NCBI RefSeq assembly: GCF_006345805.1 | Contig: NC_043002.1 | Coordinates: 24,366,001 to 24,430,000, forward strand | DNA: 64,000 bases | DNA from: Octopus sinensis | Taxonomy: Eukaryota | Direction: 5' to 3' | In this document: one piece after another, positions 50,971 through 64,000 of the stretch | Layout: each line of letters starts with the position of its first letter | How positions within the stretch are numbered: position 1 is the first letter of the stretch | Position numbers and translations under genes: made by a program | The notes under the pieces: generated by a model | Database searches by the model: none | The model's input: only the letters and a program-made list of their open reading frames with translations | Told to the model about the DNA's origin: nothing

Positions 50971-51464
50971 AAAAAAAAATGGAAAAGAAAGGCATCTGAG
51001 GGGCAATGCACACCCTGTACACAGATAAATTATTTACAAATTATAGTGTGGCTTACAATCTGTTGCTTACCCATTCTTTTTTAATTGAACTGAATTAAGC
51101 TTTGTAAGTGTTTGACTAAAAGAGGATTAGAAGCCTAAACAGATGACTGCTAAAAGTAGATTTGATCGACATCTATGCCAAATGCATATGAGTAAAATTT
51201 GCATATGACCGAATAGATGATTATTTAAATAAAAATTCTGATTATGAAAAAGAAAGTGAAGAAAATGAAATACTTACAGAAAATATTGCATAGAATTTGA
51301 GAAATATTTTCAACGTTTTTCAATGATGTACCCACACTTGTCTATGTGTATAGGTACACCATGATCTATACACATGGAGACAAGGGTCGAATCAAATGAT
51401 ATATATATATTGTGTACTCCATCTGGTGAGAGATAAATAGTATTTAATAGACATAATGCGAGTT

Positions 51465-51770
51465 TTATGTGCTAGTAATAGATTCTTGTGCTGAGAATAT
51501 GCCAAAACAATGCATACCTTGCGTGCACATAAATTCTTTCACAAGCAATTTGCACAGTCAAAACATTTTGATTTACCTACCCACCAATTTTAAAGATAAT
51601 CAAACCAAAGTTTCATCATTTTGAGCCACTCACCCAATAAGTATTTCTGTCAAATTTGATGAAAATCTGTTCAGCCGTTTCCCTGTAATTTTGAAAACAC
51701 ACAGACAAACAGACTAAGATGAGTGATTACAATACCCTGCCTTCATTTGCACACGCATGGTAATAATTAA
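51465..51770 (+). mobile_element. Possible Helentron-associated (HINE-like) element
   Basis: 3' part aaatttgatgaaaatctgttcagccgttt...acagacaaacagac...attacaataccctgcc resembles this architecture. Confidence 0.4.
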
Positions 51771-52887
51771 TAGCAGGATTGCTCTTCGTTTTTAGACTGC
51801 CTTTAAACATTGAAACTCTATTCTCTCCAAGTCACTGTGATCGCTACATCATTTGCACAATGTTGGATAATATAGCGCCAACGCCGCCCACATTGTACAT
51901 CCTTTGCTCCCCTGAGTCTGTGCAATTGAGGCTTGTGTTGCATATCATCAAGTCTATTCCTTCACTATTCAGGTCTCCTGAGTTTGCAGCTGATGCTTGA
52001 GAGGGTCTTTCAACTCTGCTACCCTAATGAAATTTCATACAGACAGGCATACATATACAATGGCACACACACACACACACACACTCTCTCTCTCTCTCTC
52101 TCTCTCAACGTGAGAGATACACATATATAGAAAAAGAGTGAAAGAGAGAGTGGTAAACATATATACAGAGAGAGGGAAAGACAGAGATAGAGATAAAGAC
52201 AGATAGAAAGACAGACAATCATAGGATGCAACACACACACACACACAAATGCAGACACTCTCAGGTAATCATGAATTTAAGATGGTGAATTCTAAAGAGT
52301 ACAGGAGCGTTTACCCCCACCCCCTGCCAGAGCCTTGTGGAGCTTTAGGTGATTTTGCTCAATAAACACTTACAATGCCCAGTCTGGGTATCAAAACCAC
52401 AATTCCATGACTGGAAGTCCACTGCGCTAACCACTGGGCCATTGCACCTCCACATAGCTATGTATGTATGTATGTGTATATGTGCGTGTGTGCATGTATA
52501 ACTCCTTGTCTTGACATCCTGTGATTGTTGTAGGCAGCCATTGGCACCATATAAACAGTGTCATTTATTTCCAGTCTACTGTGAACACATGGATGGCCTT
52601 GGAGAAACATTACCTTGCTTGGAAACAAGTGAGGTTTACCATCACGCCATAAATTTCTATGTTAATGGATATTATCTGATCCATGCAGGCATGAAAAATT
52701 GGATGTTAAAACAATGACAATAATGATGATACATTATAATTCACTGCACGTATAGATGCAGATAAACAGATAAATAGATAAGATAAGAATATGTAATTAT
52801 AGGTATGGATTTTGTTAATGCATACTGCATGTTGGTATACATACATACATGCATGCTTGCATACATACTTGCATACATGCATATATA

Positions 52888-53455
52888 TTGGGTTGTCTGG
52901 AAAGTCCATGCCAATTTATAGTAGCTTACCTTTCGACTTATTTTAGAACATGGTTGAGTCCATAAAATAGGATTTGACTACATTTCCATTTAGAGGCACA
53001 GTTTAAGCTATCTTTTCATGGAAGAAGGTTTATGTTCCTATAATCTGTGTTAATTCTGTAACCCTTTAAAATGGAAGATAAGAAAGTTCATTTTTGGTAC
53101 TTGATGCTTTGGGAACCAGACAAAAATTGCTGCAGCTCAGCTGGGATGTGTTACCCCACCCTCCATATTCACCAGATATAGCTCCTTTTGGATTTCCACT
53201 TATTCTGGTCTCTGCAGAATAGTCTTAATGGTAAAAATTTCAATTCCTTGGATGACTTAAAAAGATACTTTGATGAATTCTTTGCCATGAAACCACCTCA
53301 ATTCTGGGAAGAGGGTATTTTCAAGTTAAAGGAAAGATGGAGACGCATTGTGCAAAAAAATGGTTCATGTTTGGTTGATTAAAAATGTAATGGCAAGTAT
53401 TTATTGACTTTTTTAATTTCTTTAAAAATCAGCACGAACTTTACGGGCAACCCAA
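52888..53455 (+). mobile_element. Internally deleted mariner
   Basis: TA-flanked TIRs ttgggttgtctggaaagt / actttacgggcaacccaa; C-terminal peptide HPPYSPDIAP.DFHLFWSLQNSLNGKNF...KERWRRIVQKNG. Confidence 0.9.
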
Positions 53456-53697
53456 TACATACATACATACACATATACATACATACATACATATGTATGT
53501 ATATATGTGTATATGTATGTATAGAAACAAACATTCAGAAAATCCATATAATTAGATATACAATCCTAAATATTTATCTGATTATTTAATTATTATCTAT
53601 TTATCAACTTCTGTATCTGTGCAAGATATATCATCATCATCATCATCATTTTAACATCTACTTTTCTATGCTTGCATGAGTTAGATGAAATAAGCGG

Positions 53698-53736
<39 letters not shown>

Positions 53737-53939
53737 ATGTGTACATATGTTTGTTGTGTGCGTCTATAGAACTGAATTTGTGAGTGTGTGCATATGCATG
53801 TAGATGCTTAAGTAGATCAGTGCATATACTGCAGTTGAAGGAATAATGCACTCATTACTGCATTCAAATCAATTACACAATTTGGCAATATTCAAAAACT
53901 GCATCTGTTATAGATGCATTGGCTGGGCAACATTTGGCA

Positions 53940-54550
53940 CAGATCATCACCACCACCACCACCACGATGATGATCATCATCACCATCATCCCCACTATGA
54001 TACTACTTTCCTTCTCCTCCAACTCTTCATCAACAACCCTAACCATTGCTACCATTTTCATCCTCCACTATTTCCTCCTCCTCCTTCCCTCCACATCCCT
54101 TCCCCTCTTCTTCCTACTCCTGCTTCTCCTCCTCCCTTCTGTTTCCTACTTACCATCATCAACATCAGCATAAGTATCATGAACCACCACCACCACCACT
54201 CACTATCCTTACTCTCCATGATTTCCTCCTCCTCCTCCTCATCATCATCATCATCATTGCATGTTCTAAACTCTGTCTGGCACTAAATGTGTCCAGAGCT
54301 CTGTGTGGCTTTTCTCCAATGATGTTAACACTGGGCATAAGTCCATCTCCTCTGGCTCCTCCCCCTCCTCATTGTTATCTTCCCCATCACCACCACTACT
54401 GCTACAACCACACCACTACTACCAACCACCAAGACCACAAACACCATCATTACCACTACAGTATACTCCACCTATACTGTCAGGAACAGAACTGCCATCT
54501 CCCGATCAAACACCACAACCATTGTAACCACTACCACCTCTACCATTACA
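53940..54550. repeat. Low-complexity (CAC/CAT/CTC)n region
   Basis: Seen directly. Confidence 0.9.
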
Positions 54551-56029
54551 CTATAAATAAGTTGAGCCAACAAAAATCTCTACACTGGTCACTTGACCTT
54601 CTAGAAATAACAAGCAAATCTTCTTCATACAATATGTAACCAACTTTAAAAAAGGACATAGTGGCTATTGTTGTCCAAGCTATACAATATCTGAAGCCAC
54701 ACACAAAAAGATGGGATGATTACAGAGGAAATACTGATCACTTAGTTCTTATAGTTGAATCTTTAATAGCTTAAGAGAAGAATTTTTAGACATGGGAGCA
54801 AAATCTAGAATTGAGAGGTTTCAAATTAAACTTAGCAAAGAGGAACGAACGTTTTAGAAAGTTGGAGAGAAGACATGGCCCTTCTTGATATGCAAAAAAG
54901 GAGTAAACAGAAATACAGTATGAAGCCATCCTACAGTTTTTTGAGCACATTGTAGCCAGGACAATAATATCGAATGCCATCATTATCATTGTCATTATCA
55001 TCATTGTCCTCCTTCTCCTCCTCCAACTTCCCCTCCTCCTCCACATCATCATTGTTGTTGTCATTGTCATCGTCATGATCATCATGACCATCAGTAATAA
55101 TAATAGTTTTACATTCACTTTCTGTGCTTAAGAAGTTTGGACAAGGCATCATGTTTTGAGTCAGTTTTTATTTGGGGATACTGCCTCACTAAATGAGTTA
55201 GGGGACTAAATCCCGCTTAATTGGATGTCCTTCCTACCAACAAATTAACTGGTTGCTTTTATCATGTCACCAGCTTCAGAGAGGTTGACATGTCAGATTG
55301 AAAATTCCTCTTGACTCAACATTGTCTCCATTCATTCCTCATCCACTCTATTGCGTGCACAAACGTATATCTATGTCAGTACCCAGATTTAGAAGAAGAG
55401 AGGTTCTCATTTATTCCATATGAGACCCTTCCCAATCCTCCACTTTCATGACTATATGCACCCTGGCCAGAGGCCTCCTAGATTTTGAGATCCAAGGCTT
55501 CAGCATGTGAAGCCTATAGGTAAATTGGCATAGGTCTTCATTTATCCAATGAGTCCTTTCTTTTTTTTCATGTCAGTGAGATGTGACCTGAGGTAGATTT
55601 GGCTGCTATTTCAAGGAGATTGTGCAATTGTGTTGTGATTAACTCATTGGTTGAGCTTGATTGCTTTGTTTTTGATCATTCTCAAGTTGACTCTGATCAA
55701 TTAGGACTAGGTTCAAAAATATTCCGCCTGTGACCATTTTGTTGAAGTATAATGTATGCCTACATTAACCAATATCTTTTTCATTTTTTTAAGAGTAGGA
55801 TATGATAAAAGGGAAATTTGCCTGCTATTTCTGGCATGATGAGTGACTGTGTAAAAGCTCCCTCAATGAGAGTAACTAAAGGAATGTTTGATATGCATAA
55901 ATTTTTAACTTGTTGTTAGTGAGATTTGAAACTATGATCGTATAGTTTGAATGTAGTCAGTCAAATAATTTGTGAACCACTGTACAAATACAATAGTCTT
56001 AGGGTGGAACTGAGCTTAAGTCTTACTGT

Positions 56030-56370
56030 TGTTGTTATTTAACCCTAGCCAGCCTTATTCCAGTGGACTTATGATCTAAAATGCTTCAGTCACGTTCATC
56101 TCATTTCTTTATTTAGATATAGTGCATCTTGTACTACATTATCTAACATCTTCTTTGTTCTTGTTGTTGTTTAACCACAGGCTAGTACTGGTCCAGCAGA
56201 TCTATGATCAAAGATGTTCTAGGAAGGTCATTTCATTTTACATTCGGACATAGTATATCATGGACTACATTATCTAATGCGCGCTGACTTAAGATGGTAA
56301 GGTGTGATTTGAAAGAGTTTCGGTTACTGTTTGTTGGAGGTAAACTGACTATATAGAGGATCCCTTGTTG
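56030..56370 (-). repeat. Two tandem copies of an abundant (CAA)n-tailed interspersed repeat family
   Basis: gttgttgtttaac...tatgatcaaag...ggactacattatctaatg...gtgtgatttga...; many diverged copies across the window. Confidence 0.7.
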
Positions 56371-56814
56371 ACTCATTTAAGTTATATATTTAGCAACACT
56401 GGTATTAACTGATGGTTGGTGTAAGGGTTATAATTAATTTAGTTTGTTGGGGGCTTTCCTGACTGAGAGAGAGGGAGAGAGAAGATAGGGAAGCTGAGTA
56501 AGAGTGAGGTCAAGAATTAACTAAAAGGTCAAAGGTTACATAAAAAAAAATCTTCTTTAGAATTTAAGATATGTTGAAAGGTGTTATATGAGAACAGGCT
56601 TAGGTAACCCCACTCAACATTCCAGTGATCTCATCCTGCTTATGGAGAAGACAAGGAAGGAGGGAGGAAGAAATAAAGTGAGAGAGAGAGAGAGAGAGAA
56701 TAGTAAGGATTATAGAGGGGGATAGGGAGAAGATAAATGAACAAAAAGATGTTAGAAGGCCATAATGGGAGAAGAAAGAAAATAAATAGCAACAACTAAA
56801 AAAATTAAAGTAGT

Positions 56815-56904
<90 letters not shown>

Positions 56905-56905
56905 T
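56815..56905. repeat. Compound (CAG)n(TAG)n microsatellite
   Basis: Seen directly. Confidence 0.95.
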
Positions 56906-57037
56906 AATTCTACTATAGGCATGTGGCCTCAAATTTAGCAGGAGGGCTTTAATCAATTGCATCAATCCCAGTACTTGATTAGTACTTTATTTTATCAACC
57001 TAGGAGGGATCAAAAGCACAATTGATCTCAGCAGGAA

Positions 57038-57432
57038 GGTAGTGAGCTGGCAGAAACGTTAGCACGCCAGGTGAAATGCGTAGCCATATTTCTCCTGCCG
57101 TTACGTTCTGAGTTCAAATTCCGCCAAGGTCGACTTTGCCTTTCATCCTTTCGGGGTCGATAAATTAAGTACCAGTTATGCACTGGGGTTGATGTAATCG
57201 ACTTAATCCGTTTGTCTGTCCTTGTTTGTCCCCTCTGTGTTTAGCTCCTTGTGGGTAGTAAAGAAATAGGTATTTTGTCTGTCTATACATTCTGAGTTCA
57301 AACTCCACCGAGGTTGACTTTGCCTTACATCCTTTCGGGGTTGATAAATTAAGTACCAGTTGCATACAGGAGTTGATCTAATCGACTGGCCCCCTTCTCC
57401 CCAAATTTCAGTCCTTGTGCCTAGAGTAGAAA
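57038..57432 (+). mobile_element. tRNA-derived SINE with a duplicated body
   Basis: gagctggcagaaacg (A-box-like), gagttcaaattcc (B-box-like); the block tctgagttcaaa...ctttgcctttcatcctttcggggtcgataaattaagtaccagtt occurs twice. Inverted fragments at 56900-57035, 57555-57715 and 61020-61510. Confidence 0.8.
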
Positions 57433-57714
57433 TGAATTTATCTCAACAGGAACTGAACTCAGAATGTGAAGAGTCAGATGAAATAACCAAAGGATTTTAT
57501 TTGGCACTCTAATGATTTTGCCAATCCCCTCAATAATAATAATCATAATAATAATAATCCTTTAGGCACAAGGCCTGGAATTTGGGGAAGGGATTAAGTT
57601 GGTTACATCGACCCCAGTGTGTAACTGGTACTTATTTAATCGAGCCTGAAAGGATGAAAAGCAAATTCAACCTCAGTCGAATTTGAATTCAAAATGGAGC
57701 AACAGACGAAATAC

Positions 57715-58018
57715 CTAGTACTTATTCTATCGGTCTCTTTTGTTGAACAGCTAAGTTATGGGGATGTAAACACACCAGCATCGGTTGTTAAGCGATGTTG
57801 GGAGGACAAACACGGACATACAAACAAATACACACATATATATATATACATATATACGACGGGCTTCTTTCAGTTTCCGTCTACCAAATCCACTCACAAG
57901 GCTTTGGTCGGCCTGAGGCTATATTAAAAGACTCTTGCCCAAGGTGCCATGCAGTGGGACTGAACCTGGAACCATGTGGTTGGTAAGCAAGCTACTTACT
58001 ACACAGCCACTCCTACGC
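57715..58018 (-). mobile_element. tRNA-derived SINE, well-preserved copy of the 43166 family
   Basis: Reverse complement of 43166-43430. Confidence 0.85.
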
Positions 58019-59674
58019 CTAGGAGTGGCTGTGATGACAATGATATATGTATGAATACACAAGGGAGAGAGAGAGGAGAGAGAGAGGTAGGGAATGAATG
58101 AAGGAAGGAAGGAAGGAAAGATGCCAGCAAGGAAACATAAAGGTAATTTCATTGGTGAAATTTCAATGCTCAAGTCTGACTGACTATACACTCATACACA
58201 TGCACACACACTCGTGCATGCACACATGCATGCACATGCACACACACACACACAAGTATTGAGGAAAACAAAGTTCAATTATTACAACTCATTGTGGTGG
58301 AACAGCCTTCGGAGGACATGTGATGTTGTCATGTGATGTTGAACTGCATTGTCAATTATACAGAAACAACACCTTTATTATTATACACATTGTTATTAAT
58401 ACAAATACCCACACACATTTACAAACACACTCATGAACATAGATACACACATGCACACACAAATATAGGTATAGTTAAACTGATTACAATCTTTTAGCCA
58501 TTATCTTTATCACATGTTACATATATTATTATGTTTGTATTGATAAAAAGTAGGTATGTGAGTGATTGTGTTATTATTGTATTGTAGAGATGAAAAAGGG
58601 TTTCAATGAAAAAGTCAATGCTGGTTTATTGTATTATTGTTAATATGGTAACAATGTAACTGATTTAATTTGTAACCATAACATAAACCTTGGCCTTCAT
58701 AAATAAATGAGGAAATGTGTGAGCGTGTGTATGTGTGTGTGTATGTTTATATATAAGGTGGCAAGTTGATAGAGTCATTAAAGCATAAGATGAAATACTT
58801 TGTGATATTTGTTCCAGATCTTTGCTCTCTGTGTTCAAATCCTGCTTATGTCAACTTTGTTTTTCATTATTTTGAGGATCAAGGGTTGTACCTGTAGGGT
58901 GTGCGAGATTCAAATATAAAGGCACCTACCTTCTCTTCGCTCTGATAGAGACCCTTCAGTGGTAACGGATCCTTCGACACAGCCCCGACTAAGACTTCTT
59001 GTGAATAATATATTATACTTGCATAGTGTAATATATAGTATATGACATATAATCAATGGTTAGAACTCCAACTGTCCCCTTGTAGTTCAAAAGATGCATC
59101 CACGATGAAAGCTGACTTGGGGTTAAATGCCATGCCCAAGCAACACACACACACACACACACATATTGGTTCTCTGTCCAAAAAGGAAGCTTCTTTATCA
59201 ATGATAGAGAAACAAAGGTAAATTTCTACAAATGAGGCAAAATTCATATTTGGTGGTTGGATAATGTAGTCGCACAATTATGCATATATAATTAGGATAA
59301 CATGCCAAAAGAATAGCCAAATCTCCTTCAAATTGTATCTATTATCTTTAAAAAAAATGAAAACGACATACTAGATAATGTACTTCTAAAACTTTCACCT
59401 GGAAACCCCCCACCCAAAATGATGATGGGATATGCATACTTGGATTGCTTTGATCATAGGTGCACTCTTTCAATGCTGATCTGATGTTAAATAATAACTT
59501 TAAAAGAGTCAATGCGGGGCCTTTTATGTGGTTTATTGGTTTGGAAGAAATAGCAGTCAATTCTTCAATTCATTGGGAAATAAAGGTAAATTGCTCCAAA
59601 TGAGGCAAAATTCATATTGGTGGTTGGATAATGTAGTGGCTCAATTATGCATATTTAATTATGAATTGGTGGAT

Positions 59675-60300
59675 ATAGGATCAGTTGGCTGATACCTGCA
59701 GATGACCTGGTGCTACTTGACTGATCAGAAAGTGATATCCAGCATGCATTGAATGGGTTCACTGCCAAGTGCTGCAAGCCAGGGATGAGAATTAATGTTT
59801 TGAAAACTGAAACAATGGTCCTCTTAAGAAAGTCTTCCTGGTGAACTCTGCATGTTAGTGGAACATCACTGAGATAAGTGGAGAAGTTTAAGTGTTTTGG
59901 GGCTGCATTCATGAGTGATTGGAAGCAGAAGATGAATTGGAATCTAGAATTGCAGGTACTGGTATAGTACCTCGGATGAGGAGAGGCTGGTAAAAAAGCA
60001 AAACTTGTATCTTCAATTTGGTTGATGTGCCTATTCTCATCTTTAGTTATGTGTGATGGGTAATGATTGATTAGAGTATGATCACAAATACAAGCAGTTG
60101 AAATGGAGGTTCCTCCAAAGGATCCCTGGAGTAACATCATTCAAAAGGGTACATAACTTAGAGGTTAAAGTGTCTCTCCAGGTCAAGCTGATCCATAGTC
60201 TCAGATGGAAATCTGGCCATAAACTGTAATGACTGTTGCTTCTGATAGGACCTTATGGAGGAGACTGAAGACTCTAATCTAATGACCCTCTCAGGAAAAG
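59675..60300 (+). mobile_element. Decayed RTE-type RT
   Basis: ADDLVLLD*SESDIQHALNGFTAKCCKPGMRINVLKTETMV. Confidence 0.75.
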
Positions 60301-60950
60301 GTGACAGAAGACGGATGGATAGATAATTATGAAGTGAAAGGATACTTTTATTGCTTTAACATCATATGCTAATATTTTCGTATATTTTTAAAATTTTTGC
60401 GTTGTTACATAAATTTGGTGCTATTCTATATTTTTAGAATATTGCTTGAAAGCTTATGATTTTTCTCTAGATTTCTATGCAAGTTCATTTGAAAACAAAA
60501 TCAAAAAACAAACTATATTTTACACGCAGTTTTATGTCAAATGAAGTGTGAACATTTTAGAGAGTAATAATTTTTTCTATTTGAACCTCTGAAACTACTA
60601 AATCTACAGAATGTTATACATCATGTATAAAATAATGAATACATAAAAAAAAGATAAATATTATAGTAACAATATTATACCTTTCTGGACTATAAACAAA
60701 GATAGGATTTCTTTTTCTTTTCCTTTTAACATTTTGAATCGTCCATAATATTTTTAAAGCTATGAGCAAGACATGATCTTCTTGTTTAGGAGAGCAGTAA
60801 CTCCAAATATGAATTAACTTGGACTGTGATAATCCATCCAACCCATGCACCATGGAAAATAGATGAAGAAATAATGATGGCGATGATGAATAGGTGGTTG
60901 ATGATGAAAATGTATATGTTATATAGAAAAAATTATGTAAATGTTTTTCT

Positions 60951-61000
<50 letters not shown>

Positions 61001-61529
61001 TAATAATAATGATAATAATAATAATCCTTTCTACTATAAGCACAAGGCCAGAAATTTGGGGGAGGGAGCTAGTTGATTATATCAACTCCCAATACTTAAT
61101 TAGTACTTATTTTACTGACCCCAAAAAGATGAAAGGTAAAGTGGTACTTGGTGGAATTTGAACTCAGAATGTGAAAATGGACAAAAAAAATATCAATAAG
61201 TATTTCACCTGGCGTGCTAACAATAATAATGGTTGTTGTTGGCTCTCAAAGAATTAACCAGAGCAAGTGAAATCAAGAGACCCAGGAAGTTAAATGACAA
61301 TAACGATTCTTCTTCTTCTTCTTCTTCTTTCTGTTATAAACACAAGGCCTGAAATTTTTGGGAAGGAGGCTAGTCGATTTTACTGACCTCAGTACATGAA
61401 TGGTATTTATTATATCAACCCCAAAAGGATGAAAGGCAAAGTCAACCTTGGCAGAATCTGAACTCAGAACATAAACATGGACAAAATGCTGCTAAGCATT
61501 TTGCCTGTAGTAGTAGTAGTAGTAATGAT

Positions 61530-61800
61530 GAGTTTATTGTGTATAATGTTCAGGTGCACAACACAACAGAAAGCATCAATAAGCCAAGTAAAGTAAGATA
61601 GTAATTATAGTCAAATATATAAGCATCGTACACAGAATAAAACACAAAAAGACAGAAAATGAACAGTAAAAAATATCTATAAAGATGAAAGGGTGCATCG
61701 GCATGCATGAGCAATGTTGGTAAATTTGAGGATGCATTGAAATTTTGGAGGATGGAGTACCTGATGTCAGGTACTCCATTTTTTTCATAGAAGACTGGAA
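61530..61800 (-). mobile_element. CR1-type 3' fragment
   Basis: ORF end ...SGTPSSKISMHPQIYQHCS and tail gttgtgcacctgaacattatacacaat. Confidence 0.55.
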
Positions 61801-62039
61801 ATGAATATCACTTGTATGATAGTGATGCTTTTACACAAAAATCACCTGTTGTCTAGACAAAGCTACACACAAGGACACACATCTTGTAAATCTCTCCTGC
61901 AAGTAAACGTGAGTGTTAATTTATGATACTTGACAGATATCTTTGAACAGTAACGTTCTTATTCTCTTTATTCATTGCAAAGGTGATATTTTAACAAAGT
62001 AAGCACTTTTCCCATGAAAACTTATATAAAACATCGTTT

Positions 62040-62720
62040 CTTCATAATACAAGAACAAAAAATTTTGGGGAAAAAAAACAGTACAAAAGCCATGACTCAA
62101 AAACATTTTTTTCCTACTCAGAATTGTCAAAGCATGGAATAAACTACTTGCACTGATTGTTAGCCGTCAGGATACTGTATCCTTAAAAAATCCCATGCTT
62201 CCCAAAATTTACCAACACTACTCTTGCTACACCAATTCTGGATACTTTTTCACCTCAAACTCCCAAAGTGTCACCTCCTTTTTTTTTTTGACAAAGATGG
62301 CTGCCAAGAGCCATGTTGGTTTAATTTCCAATGCAAATTCTTCTATCACTATTTTTGTTGTTCTTTTGCCAAGGTATGTTGGCAGAAGAGCCAGTTCTTT
62401 GGACTGCAGGGTGATTGCTGAGTCGATCCTGGCATCACTCTCAGCTATAAACTGGGCCTCACAGTACCATATTTCCTTCCACATATCACAAATGCTAGTT
62501 TGTACATAATAGGCTTCAATGCCTATGCACCCTTTCCTTTTCATGATTCCTTTACTAAATCATTTTTCTGTCTTTTTGTGTTTTATTCAATGTAGAGTGC
62601 ATGCACTTTTGGCTTTAATTGTTATTTTTCTTTGCTTGAGATATTACTGCTTTGTGTCCCCTCTTTTATTCTTTTTCTGACGTGTAGTGCATCTGAGCAC
62701 TGAACACAATAGCTTATTAT
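62040..62720 (+). mobile_element. CR1-type 3' fragment with an internal insertion
   Basis: RIVKAWNKLLALIVSRQDTVSLKNPMLPKIYQHYS, then tail tgtagtgcatctgagcactgaacacaat. Confidence 0.6.
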
Positions 62721-64000
62721 ATCAGTTAATTAATACTAGGAATGATGGAAACCTAAAAGCAGAAATTCATCAGATTTTTTTCAAACAACTGAAATAATAA
62801 ATTCAAAGTAAGTAACCCCTGCCTTGTTTAATGCAATAAATAAAACAAGAATTTCAAAGTTTTGAAATATGTAGCATTTTTCTCATTTCATAGTTGATAG
62901 AATTTTTTGTGGCTACTTTTAGACAAAGCCTTTTCAATAATGATAATTGGTTAATAAAATTAAACAAAGGATATAATGATATCTAGTCTGTTGAGGTTAA
63001 TAAGCAGTTCATTTTCCTTTTATTTCAAATAATTTTGATAACCAGTTAATAACATTATCCATGGTTATGATAATCACCTTCTGTGTGTGTGTATACATAC
63101 ATACATGGTGGAAGTCAACTTGTGACTGAGTAAGACAACTTCCTAAATTCAGTAAGTTCATACAAGTGTTCTGAGACCAAGAAGTTCCTGTGTGTAAATT
63201 TGTTTTGAGTGAATAAAGTGTTGCACAGCATTGAGGCCACTTTTCAGCAATATCAGCTATAAAACCAGTGACACAACAGAGGTTGAGACAACCAGAAACC
63301 AGTTTCTCCACTAGAAACGCAGCCGTAGAATCATAGAAATTTGTGACAAGTTAACATTATAAGCTATGAAACACTGAGTGACCAGAAAAAAGACCATGTA
63401 ATAGGGCCCAGTGTATGCAAAAGTTGGGTGAATAAGCGATTTTTTAAAATCAAGAACAGCAAAGAAGTTGCTAAACAGTTTAATGAAACTGTACATGCTA
63501 ATAACTATTTTCAACAAACTGTGTAGGTTTGTTACAAGTGTTGTGACTGAGTAAAAATATCATAGAACTGATGAGTGAAAATATCATAGAACTGATACCT
63601 TCAACAAGGCAAATGCTTTTTGCATAACTCCAACATTGTGGAGAAAGGTTTTTATCAATTAGGGACTTGAAGACAAAGCGCAGAAACCAGTCGAGTCTTG
63701 AGACATCATCCAAGTCAGTCTGATAAGAAAAGCTCTAATTTTGATGCTATATAAAAGAATAAAGTAGCATTATTTTTCCCAGAACCTAAAGTGAAGTTGT
63801 TTTTAAATGAAATTCTTCAGTTCTTTAATTATTTTATACTAATTTTGTTTCTGTCCTATTTATATGGTTGCATGTTTGACTTTTTTTTTTAATTCTCCAC
63901 ACTAATGCTTGTGGACTTAAAAATAAGCCCACAATAACCCTTGTGTACTAGAAAACTGATCTGTTTTAATTCTTGTGAAATTAAAAATTGATCCATAATA

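Noticed and set aside
53846-54639. His/Pro/Ser-rich ORFs up to 197 aa
   Set aside because: Low-complexity trinucleotide sequence, open in several frames.
57038-57130. tRNA gene
   Set aside because: A/B-box-like head only, followed by a SINE body present in many copies; no complete cloverleaf.

Overview
AT-rich, microsatellite- and transposon-dense animal genomic DNA. The repeat landscape (tRNA-derived SINEs, RTE/CR1/Penelope-like retroelements, mariner/pogo/hAT/Helitron-like elements, (TA)n/(CA)n/(CAT)n tracts) suggests a coleoid cephalopod such as Octopus; this is an inference, not a database result. One host gene is clearly recognisable: a BCL7-family (SWI/SNF-BAF subunit) gene on the minus strand. 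Coding exon 1 is 24394-24303, exon 2 is 3463-3405 and exon 3 starts at 2303; spliced, these read [58 protein letters not shown]. Intron 1 is 20.8 kb, and the remaining exons were not found and probably lie left of the window. I found no convincing host exons in the ~39 kb upstream (25-64 kb), which is a nest of retroelement and DNA-transposon relics. The only long ORF (49373-50587) is a 5'-truncated, young CR1-type LINE reverse transcriptase. The most interesting leads are a 23-nt BCL7 microexon with two in-frame donors, hammerhead-ribozyme-like cores inside fold-back elements, a three-level nested repeat array in a retroposon, several near-perfect hairpins, and a 3' stem-loop shared by five LINE tails. 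No prokaryotic systems (CRISPR etc.) are present. Most repeat boundaries are approximate and all alignments were done by eye.
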